The position numbers were made by a program, and so were the translations under genes. From assembly GCF_964355755.1 (NCBI RefSeq), contig NC_092677.1, forward strand, positions 16,452,101-16,516,100: DNA of 64,000 nt, given 5' to 3'. The DNA is from Antedon mediterranea (taxonomy: Eukaryota; Animalia; Echinodermata). Each line of letters begins with the position of its first letter. Positions within the stretch are counted from its first letter, which is position 1. Of this stretch, positions 24,551 through 36,800 are shown piece after piece. The notes beneath the pieces were generated by a model, which was given only the letters and a program-made list of their open reading frames with translations, did not search any database and had not been told where the DNA came from.

Positions 24551-27500
24551 GAGCCATTGTCTGTAAGAATCAAAGAAATATCAAAAAGAGTGGCAGACTA
24601 AAAAAAATGGATTTCTTTCAAATTTTGCACATGGCTATATATGTGTTGAGAGAAATCAAATATGAAGTATTTTTTATTTCACACGTATATTTCCATGGCA
24701 ACGGCCAAATTTATGTTTTTGACAAATTTTGTCCTTTTTTAAGGTTTTTTAAAATGGATATTGGCACTACTTTGATGAACGATATTTTTATGTTGTTCAT
24801 TTAATTATAAAAAATAATTAGTGTATGCATAATAACAATGCATTGTGTACCTGTTTCAAATTTTTTTATTTTTTTTTATTTCATACTTTGGGAGATACCA
24901 TTTATTTAAAAAGGGGTGTTTTTCACTTTTTTTAAATTGTTCAATGCAACTAAACTTTACTTCACCATAACGCCCAAAGTGGTGTATTTTTTTAGCTGAT
25001 TTATTACAAATAGGTAGTTCTAATGTTTAATAATTGATTTCTAAAATAAAATACTGGGGTAAATTTAAAATCTACAAGCAGTGTTGCGAGAAACATAGGC
25101 ATTTTTATATAAAAAAAAAACATGGTATATTAGTAAAAACATTTTATTTTCTTTGATTATTTGATTTGAAACTCATTGGTCAGAAAAATTCTTAATTTTT
25201 TATATAGTTCTAGTTGTGTTGTGAGAAAAAAAATTAATTTTTAATTATAGATTCTGTAATTTCCAGTTTTAATGTCATTTTATAGGTTATATCCTCTGGA
25301 AATTTGAATAAATTATCAGATCGTTGTGAATTTTAATCTTTGCAACAGATTACTCCTCTCTTATTTTGAAGCTCCTCTTTCATTTGTTTACTTCTTTTAT
25401 TTGCTAACCTAAGCAGATCCCACATGCCCATCCACCACCACTTTCGACTACCACCCCCCCCCCCCCCCACCCCGACTATAACCACAAAAAGATAAACTGC
25501 AACACTTTGGTCGATCATCCACTATAGAGTGTCAAATGCATGCATTCAAGCACCACCCACACTGCCACTACTATCGCCCCAATGAATAGACGGATTCAAA
25601 CTCCTCCATCCCACCACCTCCCCCTTTTCTCCAAGCCCCCACCCACCCCAAGTTAAAAATTGCAATGCAAAAGATAGGACATAAAGTTAAGTTTTTAGAC
25701 CCTCGCCTTTAACCACCTAACTATTTAAAAGTCCTGGATCCACCACTTTCCCCTCCCCAAAATAGAACCAATCAAAAGTCAATGATATACTCAGGTATGT
25801 TAATGCTACATAACAAATATTGAAGCCCTGATTTGAAATTTCATTTCATTTAAGGTCAGCATGTAAAATATCACACTTTATTATTAAATATTGGTTTTAA
25901 ATTCTATATTTTTTTTACTGTGATGGTTGGATTCAGTAATAATTATTAATTAATAATTATCTGATAATTATTTAATTTCCCTTAGTTATGCATAGCAACA
26001 GTTACTATGGTAACTACAAATGAGATATTCTTTAGATTTTGCATATTTATCTCATACAAATTTAAATTTGTAGATTATTAGCAGGCATGCCTTATTTGCA
26101 TTTTCAAATTACCGTTTCACAAGGTCATATTCGTAAGCACTTTCTTCTGTGATTATTTTTATTCATGAAAACCCCATATTTTATTTACAGCGGCCACCTC
26201 CCTTAACGGACCCACTTTGAAAAGCCTGTTTGTTCTTCCTATCTAATTAGTGCATTTGGTGCTTACCGTAAGCAGCTGCGAGCACCTTTTTATACTAAAA
26301 ATGAGATTTTTTGTAAGCGGCCAATCGAAAAATGTGATACTTATTGCATGGACCTATGAATTAGAGGTGCATGTTTATTGTATTTCTTTATATATTAGCT
26401 TTATTTTGAAGAGGTTTTAAAAACATTACTGTGAAGAGATGAGAAAACTAGACAGATTTTGACCGACCATTTTTCATATGATAAAAGTTTTTAAAATTTG
26501 TCTGAAAATGCTAAAAAATACTGAACCACCTGATTATAAATAATAATATGCCTACAATTAGCTGGAAAATTGAGAGGCTCGTTTCGTTAAGAATATCGTA
26601 TATAGCCATAATAAGTGATTTTGGCCCTTTATCGGCAGAACCTCCCGTAAGGGGTCACCGCCCGTAAGCGGCCACTTTTCCAGGTGGTCCCGAGGGTGGC
26701 CACTTACGGGAGGTTCAACTGTATTTAACAAAACAACTATTCTTAGTTACGCATAGAAACCGGTTCTAAGATAACATAAATAATACATTTTGACATAACT
26801 TGACCCAAAAAATGACCCTTTCACAAGGTCAGACATTTTCTGGGATTCAGTAGATAAGTAAATTTGGGAAAAGGTAGTAAAGCTATGTAATCAATTGTTT
26901 GTAGTCATGAAACCCTATATTAAAAATATTGTACTTAGTTACGTATAGAAACAGTTGCTACAATACACTATAGGTAAAAATTTGGCAAAAAGTAGAAATG
27001 TAAAACTATGTAGAAAAAATGTTTTTTATTTATGAAAAACCCCTTATTTTTTTTAAATTTTCGCATAGAAACAGTTACTATGGTAAAATGTTGACCTCAA
27101 AATGAATGAATTTACAAGGTCAAGTTTGTCATTAATGGAATGCAGTAGAAGTAAAATTGAGAAACATGTACAAATGCAATCAATTCTTTGTATTTATAAA
27201 ACGCCATTTTTTACGTTTTTTTTAAAATTACTTTCCTTAGTTACACATAGAAATGGTTGCTAAGGTAACACTATAGGTAAAATATGAAAATTGTTGAGAA
27301 TTGTTATGAACTATCTTGTAAATTTTGATCAAACATTAATAGTTGTAGTAAAGTGGGGACCTGTCCTGTTTTGCATTCTGACCCCTTTTGACCTCAAATG
27401 ACCTATTTACAAGGTCAGATTTTTTGGGAGGTCTTTCTGTATCTCTTTACACAAAATAGATTTAAAAATTTATAAAAACCATTGACTCAATTATTTCCAA

Positions 27501-28270
27501 GTTTAACATTATTTTCCATCAACTAAATATTTCAATGCAAAATACTGTTTTTCTGGCAATTAATTGAAATAAACCTGGCAACACATTCTCCTATTTTATC
27601 TAAACTATTCGTATGACTCTAGTAGCATTATGACAAGCCATATATACATTTTATTATTGGATTAGCCATATTTAAATTGTGTTTCATGTGTTTTGTTTGT
27701 TGATATTTTGTTATATTTTTTGCATTTTTCGTATTTTCCTGGCAACACAAAACCTCTGTACAAAATTTACCCCAGTTTTTTTTTCGTGATTATTGTTGTC
27801 AAACCTATTTACTATCAAATTAAAAAACCTCATTGATTTAAAAACACCACTTTGGAAGTTATAGGTACGTTTATGAGGTATACTTTTATAAAAAAAATAT
27901 TTTTTAAAAACACCCCTTTTTAAAATAATGGTATCAACCAATCTCCATTTTGTAATTTTTTTTTTTTCTACATTAAATGGAACTCAATACATGTTGTTTA
28001 CACTGCTATAAACAAAAACTGTATACTGTAAGTATTTTTGGTTAAAATAAGTATACAAGTTTGTACTTTTTCACTATAGAAAATCTGTGAAAAATGGCAA
28101 AAACATCAAAATTTGGATAATTGACCGTTGTCATGGCAACGGAGGCTAAAAATTAAAATGAATGTTGTAGATATGCTTTTTATTGAAATGTCTATTCATG
28201 GTAAAAATTTGAGAGAAATTTATTTTTTTACATCTGCCACCAAATCTTTGATTTTTACAGACAATGGCTC
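24551..28270. mobile_element. 3.7-kb non-autonomous Kolobok-like DNA transposon
   Basis: ttaa|GAGCCATTGTCTGTAAgaatcaaaga ... tctttgatttTTACAGACAATGGCTC|ttaa gives a TTAA TSD and RR..YY termini. Imperfect TIR similarity extends >100 bp (gtggcaga, ccatggcaacgg). No transposase ORF seen. Nested MITE fragments lie at ~25400-25745 and ~26190-26722. Confidence 0.85.
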
Positions 28271-28298
28271 TTAAATACTCATTACAAGCATAGCCTTA

Positions 28299-29149
28299 AG
28301 CAAAGAATATATATCACAAGAATGAGTAATCCGCGATTTTCCCTATACCTGTAACAGTAATATTGTCCATGTGGTAGGGCGCCGCCAAGTGTGGATGTAT
28401 CTGGGATGTATACAACTTTTTGTGACGGTTTCACTAATCAAAGGCTGGACCACCGGTAGTATTTTCATGATAAAAAATGTTATCAACTACATGCCAACAT
28501 GATGTTAAATACTATTTGGATATTTAATTGTTCGTTTTATGCAATTTATTTAGTAAAAACTGCCGTATAAACAGTTTGCTTTATCAACCCGGCGCTACGA
28601 TAGCGTGACCGGGCGTGTTGGTGTTTACGCGTTTTCACGAAGGATAGTTTAATAATATTCCTATATTTAACTTGTTTCTGGTAAATTAAAACAAATAAAT
28701 GTTAACGACATTTAACATTTTGTCGTATTAATAACATGTATTTTATACTAATTTATATCATAAAAACAATACTTAATTTACCGGGCGTAGAGTAGTACAC
28801 GGCAATGGTAAAGAATAGGCCGTGCTGAGTAGTAACGATTCGTTGATTTTTGGTGTTGCTGTGTTAGGCCTTTTTTGTGAACTAACTAGCATGTTAGTAA
28901 ATAATTGTCTGTAAAAGTGAATGTACACTAGTTTGTTAATAAAATATGTATTATAAAATAGTTTACAATTGCAAAAACTATTATCATAATTCTATTTAAT
29001 GTGACATGTAATATCTATTAAATCAAGTCTTATTTAGTATGTATACATCCGCCCTTATGAGGGCGGGCATCACTTACTGCAGCTCTCTGTTACAAATTTG
29101 TCATGCAAAAATCGCAGAATACTCATTCGTGTGATATATATTCTTTGCT
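28299..29149. mobile_element. MITE with ~40-bp TIRs
   Basis: agcaaagaatatatatcacaagaatgagtaatccgcgatttt ... aaaatcgcagaatactcattcgtgtgatatatattctttgct. Confidence 0.8.
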
Positions 29150-29256
29150 ATGTTATTTGTTGTAGATTTTTAAGTTTATCCTATTCTTTATCACTGTTCT
29201 CAATTATACCATAATGACTATAGTTGAGAACAGTGTTAAACGGGATCATACATTAA

Positions 29257-29884
29257 AGACCCCTTCCCTGCAATTTTAAATAATAATTTAAAATAATACA
29301 TATATATCACTTTAAAAACATTAAACCATGTCATTCCTTGTCTTAAATGTACGTTTTATGGTAAATTATGATAAAAAGTGAGAAACAATGCACTACCTAA
29401 GTAGCTCGCGGCGATCGACCTCTCGTGGACGGTCTTAGGCCTAGCCTGGCTAGGCTTAGTTTTGTAGGCCTAGCTGGTAAACATCGGTAACGTGCGAACA
29501 TCGTACGCTAGCTATATACCTAGCCTGACGTTGTATAGTTGCTGCATTAATTGTCTTTCTATTTTTGCCAGACTCCGTTGATACAAATTGGGGAAAACCC
29601 GGTATTTTCGCTGAAAAGTTAGGAGTCTTCCATTTGTTTTGGCCGCACGATCGATCGAAAAGTGGGCGAATTACAGGTGAAAAACAAAAATATCAATCCG
29701 CGCGCAATGCTTTTTGGGATTTATAGCGGGCCACTATAATTATTAAAATCGGCTTATTTTTCACATTTTTTTAAACCGTTTAAAGACGAAAAAAGTTATC
29801 GCAATAGGACCATATAGTATTATTTTTACATTAAATATAGTTTGTGATCTTAAATTAGATCTAAAAAACGTAGGGAATGGGGCT
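29257..29884 (+). mobile_element. Kolobok-like MITE (628 bp), copy 1
   Basis: ttaa|agaccccttccctgc ... gtagggaatggggct|ttaa; a near-identical inverted copy lies at 58410-58992. Confidence 0.88.
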
Positions 29885-30554
29885 TTAATGTTATTTGTTG
29901 TATTTTATTAAGTTTATCCTATTCTTTATCACTGTTCTCAATTATACCAACATGACTAGAACAGACCTAGCTACAGCATTGCAAAGTTATTTGTTGTATA
30001 CTGTGAGGATCATCCTTCATACTCTCTACTGGGTGCTCAGAAATCGATAGTGTGATAGTGATATAGTGTTGCTATTTTTTCTTACCTCCTGAAGGTTCAG
30101 TTTCCGGTTCAGTTAATGTGCTAATGAAAGTGGTATCCGGCCTGCTCTTACTACTGCTAGGCCTACCTACTTTCTTAGGCGGACTATTGGCAGTAGTAGT
30201 AGTACTTAATCTCTGTTTTTTTTAAATTTCTCCTAGTCATGACTGGCTTTCTTTTTGAAAATCGTTTGCTTGAAAACTGGCCAGTCATTACAGCAAATCC
30301 CCTTTGCTGTAATTGGCCTGTTTCCCCATCAGTGTTGACATTACAGCTAGTACTACTACCTTTATTCTTAAAACCGACAGGATAGTCTCCCTCCATATTG
30401 ATTTTAATAATACCAATAAAAAGAAACAGTAATAAACACAACAAAATGTCCTACTCCTCCTAGCATTAGAGCAAGCATGGATGGTGGCAGGACAGTTCAT
30501 GATCATCAGGTCGCTCAACTTTATCACTGAATGGGATGGGCTTAGTCTTACCAA

Positions 30555-30610
30555 AACTTACCATCCAATAAGAAATCCAGTAATTTTCTTTACTACCAAT
30601 CACAATTCAA
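30555..30610 (+). promoter_or_regulatory. Candidate CCAAT boxes upstream of BRD9
   Basis: catCCAATaag (~30565) and taCCAATcac (~30596) lie about 31 bp apart, 220-250 bp upstream of the ATG. Confidence 0.35.
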
Positions 30611-30813
30611 TAAACAAATGAACCCCTAAGCCACTAGCAAGGAAATCAGTATATCCCATTGTACGTACCCGTAGGCTTCATCGTACAGACGTACTGTGGT
30701 AATAGTTCAGAATTCTCAATAGAGCTGGATGATCCCTTTGTTGATGTCCCTTCAAAACAAACAGAAAATAACCCGTTCTTTTTCATTTTGTTCATTTATT
30801 GAGTTGGAGAAAA

Positions 30814-33800
30814 ATGGGAAAGAAACATAAAAGACATAGGGTTGAAAAGAAAGTTGTTGAAGAAGGTAAAACATTTTAATAAAAGATAAAAAAGTAAGCC
30901 AAGGCTAGGGCCTAGCCTCTAGGCCTCTTTGAGTCTTTTCTTATTAGTTTGTCCATCTGGTAGTCAGCCAATCAAGGAAAGCAAAGCGTCTCTGTCTCGC
31001 TATTTATGGAGACTGTCCGGGATTATATAGGCTACTAGGCTAGCCTAGTTAGGCCTATGATGGTAAATCCATATGATCAGTCTGGCTTATTATTAGGCCC
31101 TAGGCTTTTCTGAAATTTTACTATATTTTCAATTAGGCTAGGCCTAATCAATAATAAAAGCCAAAAAAATAATTAATTATAAGTAAATAAATAGAATAGG
31201 CCTGGCCATAGCCTGGCCCTACCTAGGCGAGTTAGGCCTATAATATCTACTACTAGAAACTAGGCCTATAATATATTAAATGCATAGGCCAGTATTAATG
31301 ATTTAATATCATTATATAAGACTACAACAGTACTTTAAATTCTAATTACAGCATGATGGGCATAATACTACTAGGCTAGTATAGATACTGTAGGCTAAAA
31401 AAAAATCATGCCACAGTAAAACTAAATACTGTAATTCTGCTGCTTAACACTTCACTGACTAAATCATCAGGACTTATTATTTTTTTTAGGCACAGAAGCT
31501 AAAGAACCATTGCCAAAATTAGTATTAAAGGTAAGCAGAGGTATTACGAGAAAGAAGGAAGATGTTTCCTTTGAATCGCCCTCTCCACAGCTAAACGAGA
31601 ACTATGAAGACTCGCCACGAGAGGCACACATCAAAAAAAAAAGAAGACGAAGACAAAAGGAAGAAAAAGAATTAGAAAGTGCAGATGAAAAGAAGGTATT
31701 GTATATTTTAAAATGTTATTCTACCTAGGCCTATTTGATGCAGCCAAATGAATTATCTGTAGTGATAAAGCCTTTATAAACCATTTGAATATTTATATTT
31801 TGATCAGAGGAAAAGAGAAGATTTAATTAAAGAAGATCACACTGATGTAGAAGCAAAAGAACTTCCAGAAGATCAAGTGACATCGGCAGCATCAAACGTG
31901 GAAGAAGAAATGGAAGGAGTTGAACCAATACCTTCAGAAGTTACAGAAGAGGAGGAAGAACAACAACCTGTGAAGGAAGAAGATGAGAGCATCGATTGGA
32001 ACTCCACACCAGCACGCCGTGCCTTCCTGTTGAAGTTTGTTGAAAAGAGAAAAGCTCCATCAAGGAATTGCCGTGGGAAGGAGGACCAAGATCCGTCTGT
32101 GTCCCCATTACAGAAAATTCTGGATAATTTGCAGAAAGCATTGCAAAGGTATTGTGATCGTTCTTAATCACCGTAAGAATCACAAGCTAGGTTAAATACT
32201 TAACAAATGCATGTGCTAGTTTTTTCAACTGACCAATTATGACTTGCCTCCTATTCTAAATTCTAAACTCTAATGCAGTTAAATTAATGTGTTTCCAAAT
32301 ATACCTCGAAAACACCAAAGTGTAAAACATTTGCGTACACTAAAGTACATTAGTGTAAACTAGAGAACATAGTGTATGCGGCAAGTGTTTTCAAATGTGT
32401 CCATACTCTGGAAACACCAGTTAAATTAATGTGTTTCCAAATACACCTCAAAAACACCAGAGTGTAAAACATTTGCATACACTAAAGTACATTATTGTAA
32501 ACTAGAGAACATAATGTACACAGGTGTTTTCAAATGTGTCCATACTCTGGAAACACCAGTTAAATTAATGTGTTTCCAAATACACCTCAAAAACACCAGA
32601 GTGTAAAACATTTGCATACACTAAAGTACATTATTGTAAACTAGAGAACATAATGTACGCAGGTGTTTTCAAATGTGTCCATACTCTGGAAACACCAGTT
32701 AAATTAATGTGTTTCCAAATACACCTCAAAAACACCAGAGTGTAAAACATTTGCATACACTAAAGTACATTATTGTAAACTAGAGAACATAATGTACACA
32801 GGTGTTTTCAAATGTGTCCATACTCTGGAAACACCAGTTAAATTAATGTGTTTCCAAATACACCTCAAAAACACCAGAGTGTAAAACATTTGCATACACT
32901 AAAGTACATTATTGTAAACTAGAGAACATAATGTACGCAGGTGTTTTCAAATGTGTCCATACTCTGGAAACACCAGTTAAATTAATGTGTTTCCAAATAC
33001 ACCTCAAAAACACCAGAGTGTAAAACATTTGCATACACTAAAGTACATTATTGTAAACTAGAGAACATAATGTACACAGGTGTTTTCAAATGTGTCCATA
33101 CTCTGGAAACACCAGTTAAATTAATGTGTTTCCAAATACACCTCAAAAACACCAGAGTGTAAAACATTTGCATACACTAAAGTACATTATTGTAAACTAG
33201 AGAACATAATGTACGCAGGTGTTTTCAAATGTGTCCATACTCAGGAAACACCAGGTGGTTTCAAATGTGTCCATACTCTGGAAACACCAGGTGTTTTCAT
33301 AGATTTATACTTACTGTACATCTTACTGTATTTTAATATGTTGTTCTTTAGGAAAGATCAGAATGAGTTCTTCACTTGGCCAGTTAATGATGTCATAGCA
33401 CCAGGATATTCAAGTATCATCGCATACCCAATGGACTTTAGTACAATGAAAGTGAAAATAGAACATGGTAGTTACAATAGTATCAATGAGTACAAGGTAA
33501 TTTAATAATACCACACTGCATGTTTTTAAATTTTATTTTATGTATTTAGGCAATGTGGCCAAGGATTACCAATTAAATTAATCACTGTCCTATCAGATAG
33601 GTGGTAAATCCCCCTGATACAGGTGCTATTTTGTGAACCAGTTCACCGGGGTAACCCCCTACTATTCTTGAATAATGAACTGGGTTCTTTAAAGTGCACA
33701 CAGGTTATAAATGTATACACTCGACCTACGGTTTATAGTCCTTATTTGAGAAGACTTGTTCTACCACCAGAACTAGGAGCGAGTCGAGCTCGAACCATTG

Positions 33801-36800
33801 TCAGAAATTTTTTCTACTGTACTCTAACTTAATTAACCTGAATGATCCGTACATTAAGAATCGGGCTTACTTAACACCGTGATGCAAAACTACTTCATAG
33901 AAAACTAAAACTATTATCAAATATTAATACTACTATTATTAGCAGGCAGAACTTATAAACTGATTATTAATTATTTAGTTTAGTTATTTTACCATTGTTA
34001 GGATTGAAGTTATTTTTTCCTCTATATCATCTGCAATTTGCTTCCCACATTTTCAATGCTGTAGATCAACCATTTTTTGTCTTCAATTATTGTATTTACA
34101 AGAACTTTCAGTGACATTGATTGCAGTAGTTCAGTTGATTGGTTCTAATTATTTTAAATACTTGCCCTTCCTCCTCTGAAAAAAGATACCTACACTATAT
34201 GTATGACAGTAGATAACGTTGGTTTAATTATTTTTATTGTTTGTTTATTTAAAAGGCGGATTTTGTTCTGATGTGTGAAAATGCGATGACGTACAATCGA
34301 CCAGAAACCATTTATTACAAAGCAGCTAAACGACTTCTCAATGTTGGTATGAAAATCATGAATAAGGTAAAATGCTAAATATGAAATTGATTTGTATTTA
34401 TTTTTTTATTTAAATCAATTAATAGAATCTACGATGACCTTTGACTCCTTCAAATTAAAGGAGGATCTTCTTGAGACTTGTACTGTATAAATGCCTGTAG
34501 ATTAATTATGTGGATTGTAAAAAACAGTTAATTACAGTAGATCAGGGAAAACCTATTAAGTGACATTTTCCCACAAAATGAAAGATACTGTCAAATATAA
34601 TATATCTTTTAACACTACTGTATGTCCAACCCTATCCAAGGGAAATAGGAGTGAAGTTGTGGCTTGGTGGTTATGATGCTTAGCTACCACTCCAAGGATC
34701 CTGGGTTCAAGTCCTGTCACATGTCAGGATTTTTTCTAAGGACAAAATTACAACTCCACTCCTAAAGACTTGTAATAAGACTTTGTTTATGTAGAGCATC
34801 TTGTGTATATGTTTGTCTTGTGAACCTCTGAGGTCCCTAATGATTAGAAATTTCTGGATGGATTACCCTCATTAAATATGGTAAAAAAAACTTTGTTGGG
34901 TCCGAAAGGTGTCCCCTTAATAGGGTGCAAGTTAATTTGACATATCTATCTTTTGTAATTGCACAGGAAAGAATTGCTCATCTAAAGCGGACATACAACT
35001 ATTTTGAAGAAGTTGAGACAAAACCAAGACGATCAAAGCCCAAACCTAAGCACACTGAATCGCAGTCATCCGACAGTGGAGAAATAATGGAAGTGCAGTC
35101 ACCTGAAGAAAAATCAAAGGCAAAGGACAAGATGGAGGTTGTAGATAAAGTACCTCTAGGGTGAGTTAATATTTTAAGAAATAATAGAAGAGAAACAACA
35201 ATAATGATTTAAAATTTAGAGGATTTACAAAGTGGGTGAGTGGCCGAGCGGTTAAGACAGTGGAACCGTAATCACGTAGCCATAACATCGGCAGGGGTTC
35301 GAGGCTCACTCACTCCATGGTTCTGGTGGTAGAACGAGTCTTCTCGGATAAGGACTATAAACTGTAGGTCCAGTGTACACAACTTGCTCGTGTGCACTTT
35401 AAAGAACCTAGTACATCTTTCGAGACGAGTAGGGGGTTACCCCGGTGTATTAGTACATCACAGCCACTGATCACCAACTGGGCCCTCTGGGAGACCAGTC
35501 TTTGACTGAAGAGGTTACCCAGTATAAATATATATTTCAATCAATCAATAGGAAAACAAAAAGCTTGATGCTGAGATGATAGAAAAACACAAGGAACATT
35601 GCAGAAATCAAATTGTTAGGAAATAGTATACTGATTATATGAGTTGAATGGGGGAAAATATTTTGTTGAGAATATAAGTTGTTCTACTGTAGCCATTAGG
35701 CTATCAACTCATGAAATGATTTGATTTAACAAATATAAAACATTCATTATTTGTTTTATAACACATCTACTTCCCTAGAGTAGAATCTATATATAAATTA
35801 TGGTTAATTCTGACATAGGTGAGCACAATTGAAAAACTTCGGGACAAATCTCCGCCTTGGATACCTACCTTATCTATCTCAGATGTACCGCAAAACCTAG
35901 GTTTTATAACATTAGTTTATACTATTACGATATTGTTCCATATTTCTATCATAGGAATATATTATAAAGGGTTTTATAACAAAATATCTGATTTCATCGG
36001 TAGATTTTTAACTATGTAGAAATAATTTAAATTACTGGATTCACTGCTTCTGTATTGAATTAATGTAGAATGGTTTCAATCATTTTACTTTTCAGTCACT
36101 ATGATCCAAATGGAAAAGGATTCACAGAAAACCTTGAACCTCACGAGGTTGTAAAAGAAGCTCTTGCAGCTGCGAAAGAAGCTAAAGACAGACTGACTGT
36201 AAGAAATCCTAATGGCAAGGTAAACACAAGAATAAATTTGTTGATATAAAGTTTGTGGTACACCATGTATATTAGCTCTGATAAAGAACAGTTGAGTTTC
36301 ACAACGTTTTGATCAATATACATTTATCGTCCTCTCAGGAGTGAGAATGAATTAATTTATTCATCTTAAGGAAATAAAGGTCCAATAGTATATGTTTTAG
36401 TATAATGTTTTACTATGGCCAACCAGTTCATGTCAGTTCAACTAATCCTGAGGTGGTACTGTATCTAACAAAAACACATCATATGCATAAATATTTTAAA
36501 TATATCTACATGTATATTTGGTTGTTAAATTTTAGCACATATTGTTCTGATTTTAGATTGGATTCCTGCGCAAGGACGAACATGGAACAACAACCCTTGG
36601 TATACTTAACCCAAGCACAGTTGCCAATACAGATCTGAGGGTCGCAAACCTTGGCAATGTGGTTGGAAAGTTAACAAATGGGTCAGGATCATTACCTGCA
36701 TTCAAGGAAGATAAACATAATAAAATTAACCCTGGTATGTATGCTTATTTCTTTACAAATAATATTACCCTAATTCATCCATTATGCAAATTTACACAAA

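Noticed and set aside
24551-28270. Autonomous transposase or hidden gene in the 3.7-kb TTAA element
   Set aside because: Only short AT-rich ORFs (e.g. 24607, 25333, 27711) occur, with no recognisable domain or exon chain.
35232-35315. tRNA gene (also 47100-47175)
   Set aside because: A/B boxes are present but no convincing cloverleaf, and they continue into multi-copy SINE bodies and tails.
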